A DNA stretch of 64,000 bases from Mycobacteriales bacterium (GTDB taxonomy: Bacteria; Actinomycetota; Actinomycetes; JAFAQI01). The stretch's first letter is position 1. Each line of letters starts with the position of its first letter. Position numbers and translations under genes: made by a program. The notes below the pieces were generated by a model that saw only the letters and a program-made list of their open reading frames with translations, was not told the DNA's origin and searched no databases. The stretch is from positions 2,799-66,798 of the forward strand of contig DATAVK010000134.1 of assembly GCA_036267755.1 (NCBI GenBank), in the 5' to 3' direction. This document shows, piece by piece, positions 1 through 10,025 of this stretch.

Positions 1-24
1 CGGAGCCGCCGACCGGCGTGCGAG

Positions 25-804
25 TTATGCGCCGTGCCGGCGTTCGCGCTGCCCGTACGCGCGGAGCGCCCGCAGGAAGTCGACCCGGCGGAAGTCCGGC
101 CACAACGCGTCACAGAAGTAGAACTCCGCCCCGGCGCTCTGCCAGAGCAGGAACCCACCCAGCCGCTGCTCCCCCGACGTACGGATGATCAGGTCGAGGT
201 CCGGCTGGCCGCGGGTATAGAGATGCTCGGCGATGTGCTCGACGTCGAGTGCCTCCGCCACATCTTCGAGCGAGGCTCCCGCCGCGGCGTGCTCGTGCAG
301 CATCGCCCGGACCGCGTCCGCGATCTCCCGGTGACCGCCGTACCCGATCGCGACGTTGACGAGGAGCCCGGTCTTGTCCGACGTCGCCTCGGCGGCGTCC
401 TTGAGGATTCGCACGGTGGAGTCGGGCAGCAGGTCGAGCGCACCGACGGGGTGCACCCGAAACGGGCGGTCGGAGGCGGCGAGGCCGGTAACCGTGGCCT
501 CGATGATCCCGAGCAGCGGAACCAGCTCCGCCTGGGGGCGACTCAAGTTGTCGCTGGACAGCAACCACAGCGTGACGACCTCGACAGCGGCCTCGTCGCA
601 CCAGGCCAGCAGGTCGTTGATGTGCTCGGCGCCGGCCTGATGGCCGTGGCTGACGTTGGAGGCGCCGGCTGCACGCGCCCAGCGTCTATTGCCGTCGAGG
701 ATGACGCCGACGTGCCGCGGAGCCGGCACCCGAGTGAGGCTCGCCGCCAGCCGTCGCTCGTAGAGCCCGTAGACGAGGTCTCGCATGCCCAACTTGCGCT
801 TCAC
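25..804 (-). CDS. cis-prenyltransferase of the undecaprenyl-diphosphate synthase family (resembles short-chain Z-farnesyl diphosphate synthase Rv1086)
   Basis: 259-aa ORF with DGNRRWA, IGYGGHREI and IRTSGEQRLGGFLLWQ motifs of the cis-IPPS fold. Nearly collinear with my recollection of M. tuberculosis Rv1086. Confidence 0.9.
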   Translation of the reverse strand: MKRKLGMRDLVYGLYERRLAASLTRVPAPRHVGVILDGNRRWARAAGASNVSHGHQAGAEHINDLLAWCDEAAVEVVTLWLLSSDNLSRPQAELVPLLGIIEATVTGLAASDRPFRVHPVGALDLLPDSTVRILKDAAEATSDKTGLLVNVAIGYGGHREIADAVRAMLHEHAAAGASLEDVAEALDVEHIAEHLYTRGQPDLDLIIRTSGEQRLGGFLLWQSAGAEFYFCDALWPDFRRVDFLRALRAYGQRERRHGA

Positions 805-843
805 ACCTGCACCGTAACGTCGGAGCCCGGATGACCCCCGGAC

Positions 844-2667
844 TCAGCCCTCGAGACGCGCCCTGAGCTTGTCGAGCTCGGCCCACAGCGCCTTCGGCGT
901 GTGGTCACCGAAGCGCTCATAGTTCGGGCTCACCAGCTCGGCCTCCTCGCGCCACGCCGCCGGGTCCACGGTCAGCAACAGGTCGAGCTGCTCGTCGGTG
1001 AGGTCCAGACCCTCCACGTCGAGCGAGTCCTTCGTGGGCACCCGCCCGATCGGTGTGTCGGTCGCCGCGGCGGTGCCGTCCAGCCGCTCGGAGATCCACT
1101 TCAGCACCCGGCTGTTCTCGCCGAACCCAGGCCAGACGTAGTGCCCGTCGGCGTCCTTGCGGAACCAGTTCACGAAGTAGATCGCCGGCAGCTTGGCCGG
1201 GTCGGTGCGGTCCTGCATCGACAGCCAGTGACCGAAGTAGTCGCCCATGTTGTAGCCGCAGAACGGCAGCATCGCGAACGGGTCGCGGCGCAGCTCACCG
1301 ACCTTGTTCTCTGCGGCGGCCGTGCCCTCGGAAGCGACGTTCGACGCGAGGAACACGCCCTGGGTCCAGTCGTAGGCCTCGGTCACCAGCGGGACGCTGG
1401 TCGCGCGGCGGCCGCCGAACAGGATCGCGTCGATCGGTACGCCGGCCGGGTCCTCCCACTCGGGGGCGATGGTCGGGCACTGCGACGCCGGCACCGTGAA
1501 CCGGGAGTTGGGGTGGGCGGCCGGCTCGTCGGAGTCGGGCGTCCAGTCATTGCCCTTCCAGTCGGTGAGGTGCGCCGGCGGCGTGTCGGTGAGGCCCTCC
1601 CACCACACGTCACCGTCGTCGGTCAGCGCGACGTTGGTGAAGATCGAGTTGGCGTAGAGCGTGTCGATCGCGTTCTTGTTGGTCGACTCACCGGTGCCGG
1701 GGGCGACACCGAAGAAGCCGGCCTCAGGGTTGATCGCGTGCAGCCGGCCGTCATCACCGAAGCGCATCCAGCAGATGTCGTCGCCGACGGTCTCGGCCTT
1801 CCAGCCGGGCAGCGTGGGCATCAGCATCGCGAGGTTGGTCTTGCCGCAGGCGCTGGGGAACGCCGCCGCGATGTAGCGCGCCGTACCTTCCGGCGAGGTC
1901 AGCTTGAGGATCAGCATGTGCTCGGCGAGCCAGCCCTCGTCGCGGGCCATCACCGAGGCGATCCGCAGCGCGTAGCACTTCTTGCCGAGCAGGGCGTTAC
2001 CGCCGTACCCCGAGCCGTAGGACCAGATCTCGCGGGTCTCGGGGTAGTGGACGATGTACTTCTCGTCGTTGCAGGGCCACGCGACGTCGGCCTCGCCCGA
2101 CTCCAGCGGCGCGCCGACGGAGTGAACGGCCGGGACGAAGAACCCGTCGGTGCCCATCGCGTCCAGCGCCGGCTTGCCCATCCGGGTCATGATTCGCATC
2201 GAGATGACGACGTACGGCGAGTCAGTGATCTCGACGCCGAGCGCGGAGATCGGGGAGCCGAGCGGCCCCATACAGAACGGGACGACGAACATCGTCCGGC
2301 CGTGCATCGAGCCGCGGAAAAGCCCGTTCAGGGTCTGGCGCATCTCGGTCGGGTCGACCCAGTTATTGGTCGGGCCGGCGTCCTGCTCCTGCTCGGAGCA
2401 GATGAACGTCCGGCTCTCCACGCGCGCGACGTCCGAGGGGTCCGACATGGCGGCGAAGGAGTTGGGCCGCTTGTCGGGGTTGAGCGCAGTGAGCGTGCCG
2501 GACTCGACCAGCTCGCGGGTCAGCCGTTCCCATTCCTCCTCGGAACCGTCAGCCCAGACCACCCGATCCGGCTCCGTGAGCTCGGCGATCTCCCGAACCC
2601 AGGCGATCAACCCCGCGTGCTCCGTCGGGGCATTCTCAAGACCCGGAATGGTGGCTGCGGCAGTCAT
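844..2667 (-). CDS. pckG: phosphoenolpyruvate carboxykinase (GTP)
   Basis: 607-aa ORF with FPSACGKTN kinase P-loop and full-length resemblance to GTP-dependent PEPCK. Confidence 0.97.
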   Translation of the reverse strand: MTAAATIPGLENAPTEHAGLIAWVREIAELTEPDRVVWADGSEEEWERLTRELVESGTLTALNPDKRPNSFAAMSDPSDVARVESRTFICSEQEQDAGPTNNWVDPTEMRQTLNGLFRGSMHGRTMFVVPFCMGPLGSPISALGVEITDSPYVVISMRIMTRMGKPALDAMGTDGFFVPAVHSVGAPLESGEADVAWPCNDEKYIVHYPETREIWSYGSGYGGNALLGKKCYALRIASVMARDEGWLAEHMLILKLTSPEGTARYIAAAFPSACGKTNLAMLMPTLPGWKAETVGDDICWMRFGDDGRLHAINPEAGFFGVAPGTGESTNKNAIDTLYANSIFTNVALTDDGDVWWEGLTDTPPAHLTDWKGNDWTPDSDEPAAHPNSRFTVPASQCPTIAPEWEDPAGVPIDAILFGGRRATSVPLVTEAYDWTQGVFLASNVASEGTAAAENKVGELRRDPFAMLPFCGYNMGDYFGHWLSMQDRTDPAKLPAIYFVNWFRKDADGHYVWPGFGENSRVLKWISERLDGTAAATDTPIGRVPTKDSLDVEGLDLTDEQLDLLLTVDPAAWREEAELVSPNYERFGDHTPKALWAELDKLRARLEG

Positions 2668-2766
2668 TCGTCACTCCTCGGCTCGCCGAGCGGCGGCAGT
2701 CGGACGGGAAAGGGTCAAGCATAACGCTTGTCATGTATTCCCTCCACGCCGGGGAGCAATCCTGCT

Positions 2767-3297
2767 TCAGCCGCCCGTCGGGCTCTCCCCGCGCAACCGC
2801 TCGACGTCACGCAGGGCGCTGCGGAGCTGCTCGAGCCAATCCTCGGTGTGCTCGCCCACCAGCCGGACGCACCAGGCCAGCGCGTGGGACCGCGACCGGG
2901 CCACGCCGGCGTCCACCAGGGTGTCGAGCACCCGGCGCTCGGACTGCCGCAGCCGCGTCATCACGGGCACCGCCAGCGAGGTGAAGGTCTCGCTGGTCGC
3001 GCCGGAAGCCGCGCCCCACGCGATCGACCGACCGAACCGGTGCTCGGCTTCGCGGGCGATCCCGATCCGGGCCTCGCGGGTCTGCTCGCGAAATCGTGCG
3101 ATCCGCCCCGCCTCGGCAGCCGCCTTGACGTGCGGCTCCGCATCGGCGGCCAGGTCCTCGGGCTCGGGGAGCCGGCCGTGCACGGAGATCTCCTCGCGGT
3201 CGACCGTCACGGTCGGTGCCGCCTCGAACCACTCGGCCGGTATCCGGCCACCCAGCCACGCCTCGATCTCGTTCATGACCGCCTCCGTTGCACTCAT
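2767..3297 (-). CDS. hypothetical protein with possible C-terminal ribbon-helix-helix-like segment
   Basis: 176-aa ORF with coding-like composition. The C-terminal part (VMTRLRQSERRVLDTLVDAGVARSRSHALAWCV) has a strand-helix-helix pattern. No family recognised. Confidence 0.55.
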   Translation of the reverse strand: MSATEAVMNEIEAWLGGRIPAEWFEAAPTVTVDREEISVHGRLPEPEDLAADAEPHVKAAAEAGRIARFREQTREARIGIAREAEHRFGRSIAWGAASGATSETFTSLAVPVMTRLRQSERRVLDTLVDAGVARSRSHALAWCVRLVGEHTEDWLEQLRSALRDVERLRGESPTGG

Positions 3298-3299
3298 TA

Positions 3300-3324
3300 C
3301 ATGATTACGTCGTTACACATCATG
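3300..3324. promoter_or_regulatory. AT-rich inverted repeat CATGAT-N13-ATCATG directly upstream of the 2767-3297 gene start
   Basis: Seen directly in the sequence. It lies 3 nt upstream of the ATG at 3297 in a locally low-GC stretch with no obvious SD, so a promoter/operator or a leaderless start is possible. Confidence 0.3.
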
Positions 3325-3377
3325 CGCGCAACGGCCGTCCGAGGCCAGCCTTGTCCGCCACCGGCGAACACACACGC

Positions 3378-3455
3378 ATGGCCCATGGGTGGGCCAGGGC
3401 GACACCAATGGGCCATGGGTGGGGCCAGGGCGACACCAATGGGCCATTGGTGTGA
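3378..3455. repeat. intergenic tandem direct repeat, 2.5 copies of a 30-31 bp unit
   Basis: ATGGCCCATGGGTGGGCCAGGGCGACACCA (3378-3407), ATGGGCCATGGGTGGGGCCAGGGCGACACCA (3408-3438) and partial ATGGGCCATTGGTGTGA (3439-3455). The junctions form near-palindromes (CCAATGGGCCATTGG). Confidence 0.85.
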
Positions 3456-3460
3456 GGGGG

Positions 3461-4306
3461 CTAGCGGAGGCGGGTGAGGGTGACCTCGACCTCGAGCGAC
3501 TGGGTCTGGCCGCCGGAGAGCACGCCGTGCAGCGGCGCGACATCGGCGTAGTCCCGACCGCGGCCGACGCCCACGTGGCGGTGGCCGATTGGCTCGTTGT
3601 TGGTGGGATCGAATCCCCACCATTCACCGACCCACGCCTCGACCCAGGCGTGGCTCTCCCCCGCGACCGACTCGCCGATGGCCGCCTCGCGGCGGGGATG
3701 CAGGTACCCCGAGACATACCGAGCCGGTACGCCGATCGACCGCAGCATCACCAATGCGACGTGCGCGAAGTCCTGGCAGACGCCGCGGCGAGCGGCCCAT
3801 GCCTCGGCAGCCGACGTGTGCACCCCCGTGACGCCCGTCTCGTAGGTCAACGCGTCGTGGACCCATGCCCCGACCGCCTCCGCGGCCGCAGCCGGGTGTG
3901 GGGCCGTCGACCGGATGTCGGCAGCGGCCGCCGCGAGCTCGGCGCTGTCCCCGGTGTAGGTCGTGGGCCGCAACAGCTCGTCGAACTGGTCGGTGATCTC
4001 GGACTCCGTGAGGTCAGCCCACCCGACCTGGACCCCGGGCTCCAGGGCCGGCTCGGTCTCCACGACCGACGCGCTAGTGACGACGAGCTGGTCGTGCGGC
4101 TCGTGGATGTCGAACACGGTCACCTGCGATCCCCAGTAGTCCCAGTAGCGACGTACGGGGACGGGGGGATTGAGCGACACGCGCGAGCTCACCGTCGACT
4201 GGTGCAGGTCGGTGACCGGAGTCATTCTTGCTTCGTTGTACGACGCGCGAACCGGCGTCTTGTAGTGGAAGACGGTGCGGTGGACAACGTCGAGCCGCCA
4301 GGTCAT
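3461..4306 (-). CDS. transglutaminase-like family protein
   Basis: N-terminal Bact_transglu_N-like region, then a Cys/His/Asp core context (RRGVCQDFAH, SHAWVEAW, FDPTN). Start placed at the ATG in MTWRLDV, which overlaps the upstream stop as ATGA. Confidence 0.9.
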   Translation of the reverse strand: MTWRLDVVHRTVFHYKTPVRASYNEARMTPVTDLHQSTVSSRVSLNPPVPVRRYWDYWGSQVTVFDIHEPHDQLVVTSASVVETEPALEPGVQVGWADLTESEITDQFDELLRPTTYTGDSAELAAAAADIRSTAPHPAAAAEAVGAWVHDALTYETGVTGVHTSAAEAWAARRGVCQDFAHVALVMLRSIGVPARYVSGYLHPRREAAIGESVAGESHAWVEAWVGEWWGFDPTNNEPIGHRHVGVGRGRDYADVAPLHGVLSGGQTQSLEVEVTLTRLR

Positions 4307-5247
4307 GACCCACCCCCGGCGACCCACTCGACCATGGCCGACCCGCGGAAGAACCGGTCCGAGACCGCGCCGGTCACGACCGAGCAGGCGAGCTGGATGT
4401 CGGCCAACCGTTCCGGCAGCCCGATGGCGAGATCGGCGGCCCGGCTGAACTCCAGGTCGGTCCGAGTCCGCCCCAATGTGAGCAGCCCGATGTCTGCGAT
4501 GCCCGTCCGCGAGGCGGTGTCGGGCAATAGCTCCGACAGGCAGTGTTCGGCGGTGGCGACGGCGGAGTACACGGACCGCGGGAACAGCCGGTCGAGCAAC
4601 AGGAACTCGCTCGCCTGCCGCGGGTCGAGCGTGCCCCGATAGGTCCGCAGGAACGACTCGTACGCGCCGCAGCTGCGCAGCAGGGCGCCGGTCGAGGTCG
4701 CGAAGTCACCGACCACGCGGTACAGCGAGAGTGCCCGCACCGTCATGTCGGCGCGTTCCAGACTGCGGCCGAGTACGACGAACCGCCAGCCGTCGTCGTG
4801 GCTCATGGTGCCGTCGACGAGCCCGGCGACCAGCGCCGCACGCTCCTTGACGAAGTGGAAGAAGCCGGTCGGGTTGCCCCGCCGGCCGCGGGCTCGCTGC
4901 GCCGGAAGATCGTTGTACGTGGTGTTGAGGCACAACCACATCTCCGAGGAGATGACCTCCCGCACGGTGCGCGCGTTCTCCCGCGCGCCTTCCAGCGAGC
5001 TCCAGATCGGGCTGCCGCGGTCATAGGCGAGTCGGTCGAGCATGTACCGCGCGTCGAGCGCCTGCTCGGCGAGGTCCGCGCCGTCCGCGCCGACGACCGC
5101 GAGCAGCGTCCGACACGCGTCGGCCTCGCTCACGGTCGACTCCTCCAGGAGCAGGTGCACCGAGACATCGAGCATCCGGGCGACATCCTCGGCGCGTTCG
5201 ACGAGCCGGCCGATCCAGAACAACGACTCGGCGATCCGGCTCAGCAT
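4303..5247 (-). CDS. alpha-E domain protein (DUF403)
   Basis: 314 aa. The N-terminus MLSRIAESLFWIGRLVERAEDVARMLDV is typical of the alpha-E family that accompanies circularly permuted ATP-grasp genes. Confidence 0.9.
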   Translation of the reverse strand: MLSRIAESLFWIGRLVERAEDVARMLDVSVHLLLEESTVSEADACRTLLAVVGADGADLAEQALDARYMLDRLAYDRGSPIWSSLEGARENARTVREVISSEMWLCLNTTYNDLPAQRARGRRGNPTGFFHFVKERAALVAGLVDGTMSHDDGWRFVVLGRSLERADMTVRALSLYRVVGDFATSTGALLRSCGAYESFLRTYRGTLDPRQASEFLLLDRLFPRSVYSAVATAEHCLSELLPDTASRTGIADIGLLTLGRTRTDLEFSRAADLAIGLPERLADIQLACSVVTGAVSDRFFRGSAMVEWVAGGGS

Positions 5248-6839
5248 TCGGTGCCCTCGAACTCGACACCGTCGTCACTCTGCTGTTGCTGCTGCTGCGC
5301 TTGGCCGAGGTGTGGGGCCGCAGCTGGGACTCCGACGTGAAGCGGGTCGCCGGGAGCGACCACCGGCGGCGCCGCGGCCGGCTGCGGCTGGACGTCGGCG
5401 CCGCTCAGCACCCAGGTGTCCTTGGAGCCGCCACCCTGGCTCGAGTTGACGACGAGCGAGCCCTCGACCAGAGCCACCCGGGTCAGACCGCCCGGCAGCA
5501 CCCAGATCCGTTCGCCGTCGTTGACGGCAAACGGGCGCAGGTCGAGGTGGCGAGGCACCAGCTCGCCGTCGACGAGGGTGGGCGCCGTGGAGAGCGGCAC
5601 GACGGGCTGGGCGATCCAGCGTCGCGGGTCGGCGATGACGTCCCGGCGCAGCTTCGCCAGCTGTCGCTCGGTCGCCGCCGGTCCGATCACCAGGCCGTAG
5701 CCACCCGACCCGTCGACCGGCTTCACCACGAGGGAGTCGAGATGGGCCAGCACATACTCGCGGGCGTCGGGCTCCTCGAGCCGATAAGTCTCGACGTTGC
5801 GCAGCAGCGGGGTCTCACCCAGGTAGTACTCGACCATGGCCGGCACATAGGTATAGGCGAGCTTGTCGTCGGCGACGCCGTTGCCGACCGCGTTGGCGAT
5901 GGTGACGTTGCCGGCGCGGGCGGCGCCGAGCAGTCCGGGGCAGCCGATGACCGAGTCCGGACGGAAGTGCAGCGGGTCAAGGAACTCGTCGTCGATCCGC
6001 CGATAGACGACGTCGACGCGCTGCTCGCCATCGGTGGTGCGCAGGTACACCACCCCGTCGCGGCTTACCAGGTCACGACCCTCGACGAGCTCGATCCCCA
6101 TCTGACGCGCCAGCAGCGAATGCTCGAAGTACGCCGAGTTGTACGCGCCGGGAGTGAGCACGACGACGGTCGGGTCGGCGACGCCGTCGGGCGCCGAGGC
6201 GCGCAGCGCGCTGCGCAGCCGGGCGGGGTACGACGAGACGCGTTGCACCCGTTCGCCGCCGAACAGGTTCGGCAGCACCCGCGCCATGGTCCGCCGGTTC
6301 TCGAGCACGTAGCTGACCCCTGACGGGATCCGCAGGTTGTCCTCGAGGACGCGCAGCTCGCCTTCCTGGTCGCGCACCAGGTCGATGCCGGCGACGTGCA
6401 CCCGCACACCGTTGTCCGGGCAGATGCCGTGCGCCGCTCGGTGGAAGTGCTTCGAGGTGGTGATGAGCCGGCGCGGCAGGACGCCGTCGGCAAATGCTCG
6501 GCCCTCGCCGTACACGTCGTCGAGGAAGGCCTCGAGCGCCCGCACTCGCTGCGAGACCCCGCGTTCGATCTGTTGCCATTCCTCGGTGGTAAACAGCCGT
6601 GGCACGACGTCGAGCGGGAACGGGCGCTCTTCGCCGGACAGCGAGAACGTGACGCCGGCGTCCGTGAACGCGCTCGACAGCGCACTCCGGCTGCTCACCA
6701 GGTCACCGATCGACAGCGACTCAAGGGCACTCACGACGGAGCCGTACGCCGGCCGCGGGCTGCCATCGGGTGCGAAAACCTCGTCGTACGCGCCCGTGGC
6801 GCGTTGGCGCCGCAGGTAGTCCCCGAGCAGGTCGCCCAC
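5241..6839 (-). CDS. circularly permuted type-2 ATP-grasp protein (COG2308 type)
   Basis: 532 aa, first gene of the ATP-grasp/alpha-E/transglutaminase triad. Its C-terminal tail has a Q6 run. It overlaps the alpha-E start by 7 nt. Confidence 0.9.
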   Translation of the reverse strand: MGDLLGDYLRRQRATGAYDEVFAPDGSPRPAYGSVVSALESLSIGDLVSSRSALSSAFTDAGVTFSLSGEERPFPLDVVPRLFTTEEWQQIERGVSQRVRALEAFLDDVYGEGRAFADGVLPRRLITTSKHFHRAAHGICPDNGVRVHVAGIDLVRDQEGELRVLEDNLRIPSGVSYVLENRRTMARVLPNLFGGERVQRVSSYPARLRSALRASAPDGVADPTVVVLTPGAYNSAYFEHSLLARQMGIELVEGRDLVSRDGVVYLRTTDGEQRVDVVYRRIDDEFLDPLHFRPDSVIGCPGLLGAARAGNVTIANAVGNGVADDKLAYTYVPAMVEYYLGETPLLRNVETYRLEEPDAREYVLAHLDSLVVKPVDGSGGYGLVIGPAATERQLAKLRRDVIADPRRWIAQPVVPLSTAPTLVDGELVPRHLDLRPFAVNDGERIWVLPGGLTRVALVEGSLVVNSSQGGGSKDTWVLSGADVQPQPAAAPPVVAPGDPLHVGVPAAAPHLGQAQQQQQQSDDGVEFEGTEC

Positions 6840-6848
6840 GGCGGGAAT

Positions 6849-8819
6849 CTACGAGCCGGGTGTTACGGCGTCATGTCCGACACGCACGCCGAGACTGGCC
6901 GCGAGGACGGCGGCGTCGGTCGTGGGCGCATCGCACACGAAACCCCGACATATGTAGGCGCCAGCAACCGGTCGGTCGGCGAGCAGTGGCGAGTCGCCGC
7001 CGGTCACCACGACGGCGCCGGGTGACGTGGTGAGTCGGGCGGTCCGCGCGAGCGCTGGCGAGTCAACCACTGCTACTTCGAGTGGTCCCGCAACCAGCGC
7101 CTCGGCCGCTGCGGCGGACCAGCCGGCGAAGCGGGGTTGCCGCTCGACGATCGGGGCCACGCCGCCAAGGACTCGTTCCGCGACCTCTCGCCGTTCAGCG
7201 GTCGCGGTGAGTGCGGCGCTGGTGACCAGCGCCTGGGCCAGCGCCGATGACCCCGCCGGTGTCGCGCCGTCGGTGGGGTCCCGGGGTCGCCGGACCAGCT
7301 GCTCGGCATCGTCAGCGGTGTCGAAGAAGCCACCATCCCCGTCGGTGAAATGCACCAGCGCGACGTCCAGCAGCGACTCGGCATGGTCCAACCAGCGCCG
7401 GTCACCACTCGCCTGATGCAGCGCGAGCAGCCCGTCCGCGACGTCGCCGTAGTCCTCGAGGACTCCGGCCGGGGTGCCGACCACGCCACCGCGCGAGACC
7501 CGCCGGAGCCTTCCGTCGACCAGGTGCAGGTCGCTGATGAGCTCGGCGCAGCGGGTAGCCGCCGCGACCAGATCAGATCGCTCGAACAGCACGCCGCATT
7601 CGGCGAGGGCAGCGATCGCCAGACCATTCCAGGCCGCCACGACCTTGTCGTCCCGACCCGGTGCGACGCGCTGCTCCCGGATCGCGAGCAGCCGCGCGCG
7701 CTCATCGTCGTACCACTGCTCGTCTTCCGGATCGACGGGAAGCTGAAGCACTGAGCGGTCGCCCTCGAAGGTGCCGGCTGCGGTCACGGAGAACAACGCG
7801 GCAGCGTCGGGGCCTAGCTCTTGAGGGGTCCAGACGTAGTAGCGGCCTTCCTCGCCCTCGGTATCGGCGTCCAACGACGCCGCGAAACCGCCCTCGGCCG
7901 TGAGCAGCTCGCGCAGCATCCAGTCGCAGGTCTCCACGGCGATCCGGTGGGCCAAGGGAGATCCGGTCGCGCGCCACCAGTGGGCGTAGACCCGAGCCAG
8001 CAAGGCGTTGTCGTACAACATCTTCTCGAAGTGCGGCACCACCCAGTGCGCATCCACTGAGTAGCGGGCGAACCCGCCGGCGAGCTGGTCGTACATCCCG
8101 CCTCGAGCCATCCGCTCGCAGCTTGTGGAGACCATCTGCAGGCTGCGCTCGTCCCCGGTGCGCGCGTGGTGGCGCAGCAGGAACTCCAGCGTCATCGATG
8201 GCGGGAACTTCGGCGCACCGTCGAAGCCGCCCCAGGTGTCGTCGTGCCGCCCGGACAGCTCGCGGGCTCCGGCGTCCAGTTGCTCAGCGGTGATCCCGTG
8301 ACCTGACGAGGGAACCAGGGCCCGTCGGGACAGCTCGGCCACGACGTCGGCCCCCGACTGCTCGATCTCGTCACGCCGGGTGTCCCAGGCCTCGGCGACG
8401 GACTCAAGGACCCGGCGGAACGACGGCATGCCCCGGCCGTCCCGCGGCGGGAAGTAGGTGCCGCAGAAGAACGGCTCACCGGCCGGCGTGAGCAACGCCG
8501 TCATCGGCCAGCCTCCCTGCCCCGTCATCGCCTGCGTGGCCTCCATGTAGACCGCGTCGACGTCCGGGCGTTCCTCACGGTCCACCTTGATATTCACGAA
8601 GTGCTGGTTCATGTACGCCGCCGTCTCGGTGTCCTCGAACGACTCGTGCGCCATCACATGGCACCAGTGACAGGCGGCGTAGCCGACGCTGAGCAGGACC
8701 GGTACGCCGCGCTGCTCGGCCTCGGCGAAGGCCTCGTCGCTCCAGGGCCACCAATCGACCGGGTTGTCCTTGTGTTGGAGCAGGTAGGGACTCGTCGCTT
8801 CGGCCAGACGGTTCGGCAT
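6849..8819 (-). CDS. thioredoxin-domain protein (DUF255/YyaL-like, with six-hairpin C-terminal region)
   Basis: Starts [26 protein letters not shown] and contains [11 protein letters not shown]. The 950-aa ORF in the track is an upstream run-on, so I placed the start at the ATG at 8819 (656 aa). Confidence 0.9.
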   Translation of the reverse strand: MPNRLAEATSPYLLQHKDNPVDWWPWSDEAFAEAEQRGVPVLLSVGYAACHWCHVMAHESFEDTETAAYMNQHFVNIKVDREERPDVDAVYMEATQAMTGQGGWPMTALLTPAGEPFFCGTYFPPRDGRGMPSFRRVLESVAEAWDTRRDEIEQSGADVVAELSRRALVPSSGHGITAEQLDAGARELSGRHDDTWGGFDGAPKFPPSMTLEFLLRHHARTGDERSLQMVSTSCERMARGGMYDQLAGGFARYSVDAHWVVPHFEKMLYDNALLARVYAHWWRATGSPLAHRIAVETCDWMLRELLTAEGGFAASLDADTEGEEGRYYVWTPQELGPDAAALFSVTAAGTFEGDRSVLQLPVDPEDEQWYDDERARLLAIREQRVAPGRDDKVVAAWNGLAIAALAECGVLFERSDLVAAATRCAELISDLHLVDGRLRRVSRGGVVGTPAGVLEDYGDVADGLLALHQASGDRRWLDHAESLLDVALVHFTDGDGGFFDTADDAEQLVRRPRDPTDGATPAGSSALAQALVTSAALTATAERREVAERVLGGVAPIVERQPRFAGWSAAAAEALVAGPLEVAVVDSPALARTARLTTSPGAVVVTGGDSPLLADRPVAGAYICRGFVCDAPTTDAAVLAASLGVRVGHDAVTPGS

Positions 8820-8882
8820 GGGCCCACTCTCCCGCACCGGCACCGCGGGTCCGGCACACGGATGTTGGTTGACCCGCAGTCC

Positions 8883-8888
8883 TAGATT
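8883..8888 (+). promoter_or_regulatory. candidate -10 element (TAGATT) for a leaderless alkA-like transcript
   Basis: A TANNNT hexamer ends 7 nt before the A of the ATG at 8895 and there is no SD in between, a pattern common for leaderless actinobacterial mRNAs. Confidence 0.3.
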
Positions 8889-8894
8889 GAGCGG

Positions 8895-9548
8895 ATGGCT
8901 GCCGAGAAGAAGGTCACGCCGCGCGAGGCGGCGATACTTCTGGCCGATCGCGATCCTGTGATCGCGCGGCTTGTCGCCGAGGCCGGGCTGCCGAGCTTCC
9001 CGCGGTCCACGCAGAGCAACTTCGCCGTACTCATCCGCTCGATCACTTACCAGCAGCTCGCCGGTCGGGCCGCCGCAGCCATCCACGGAAGGCTCGTGGC
9101 AGCCCTCGACGGCGAGGTGACGCCGGAGCGGGTGTTGGCGACTCCCTCCGACGTGCTTCGTGGCGTGGGGTTGTCCGGCAACAAGGTCCTGTCCGTGCAT
9201 GATCTGGCGGCCAAGGTTCTCGACGGATCCGTGGTGCTGGACTCCCGCCGGCTCGCTCGAGTGCCCGACGACGAGATCGTGCGACGGCTGTCGACGGTGC
9301 GAGGGATCGGCAAGTGGTCGGCCGAGATTTTCCTGATGTTCCAGCTCCGCCGCCTCGACGTCTGGCCCACCGGCGACCTCGCGGTACGCCGAGGCTTCGG
9401 GCTGGCGTGGAGCATCCCGACCCCGACGGTGAAGGAGCTCGACCTGCTCGGTGAGCCGTATCACCCCTACCGGAGCATCGTCGCCTGGTATTGCTGGCAA
9501 GCTGCCCGGCTCTATGCCGACTTCACGTCCTCCGCCGTGAGCGCGTGA
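8895..9548 (+). CDS. alkA: DNA-3-methyladenine glycosylase II family (HhH-GPD)
   Basis: 217 aa with a helix-hairpin-helix plus catalytic Asp region ([15 protein letters not shown]...[11 protein letters not shown]). Confidence 0.85.
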   Translation: MAAEKKVTPREAAILLADRDPVIARLVAEAGLPSFPRSTQSNFAVLIRSITYQQLAGRAAAAIHGRLVAALDGEVTPERVLATPSDVLRGVGLSGNKVLSVHDLAAKVLDGSVVLDSRRLARVPDDEIVRRLSTVRGIGKWSAEIFLMFQLRRLDVWPTGDLAVRRGFGLAWSIPTPTVKELDLLGEPYHPYRSIVAWYCWQAARLYADFTSSAVSA

Positions 9549-9549
9549 C

Positions 9550-10025
9550 GTGACGTATCTCGGTGAGAGAGGCGAGGCGGCCGCCACGGTGCGCAGCGAC
9601 ATCGAACCGCTTGTGGTCAGCCCCGACAACGGAACGACAGCCACGTTCGTGGCACCCGGATCGGTCACGCGGAGAGAGTTCGGGTTGTTCCGGTGGGACA
9701 TGCCAGCGGGAGCGGGCGGTGCCGGGAAGCACTTCCACCGCGGCTTCTCCGAATCGTTCTACGTCATCTCCGGAACCGTCACGCTCTACACGGCGATGAA
9801 CGACTCGAAGTCTCAGAGGGCGGCTTCCTTTACGTGCCGCCTGGGGGCATCCATGCCTTCAGCAACGACTCCGATGTGGCCGCCTCGATGCTCATCCTGT
9901 TCGCACCCGGCATAGCCCGGGAGCGGTACTTCGAGGAGCTTGCCGACATCCGCCGTACCGGTCGCACTCTCACCGACGCGGAGTGGGCCGAGCTGTTCGC
10001 CCGCCACGATCAGGTCAATCTCTAG
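9550..10025 (+). pseudogene. cupin-domain protein, frameshifted near 9790
   Basis: The N-terminal half ([22 protein letters not shown]) is in frame 9550. The C-terminal half (GDERLEVSEGGFLYVPPGGIHAF...) continues in frame 9693. One missing base after TLY would restore TLYxGDERLEV. Confidence 0.7.

Noticed and set aside
3378-3455. Possible CRISPR array.
   Set aside because: There are only 2.5 directly abutting repeat copies with no spacers, and no cas genes in the window. It is a simple tandem repeat.
8820-9701. N-terminal 294 residues of the 950-aa ORF 6849-9701.
   Set aside because: This part runs antisense through the well-supported alkA-like gene and has no coding-like features. The thioredoxin-domain homology begins at the ATG at 8819.
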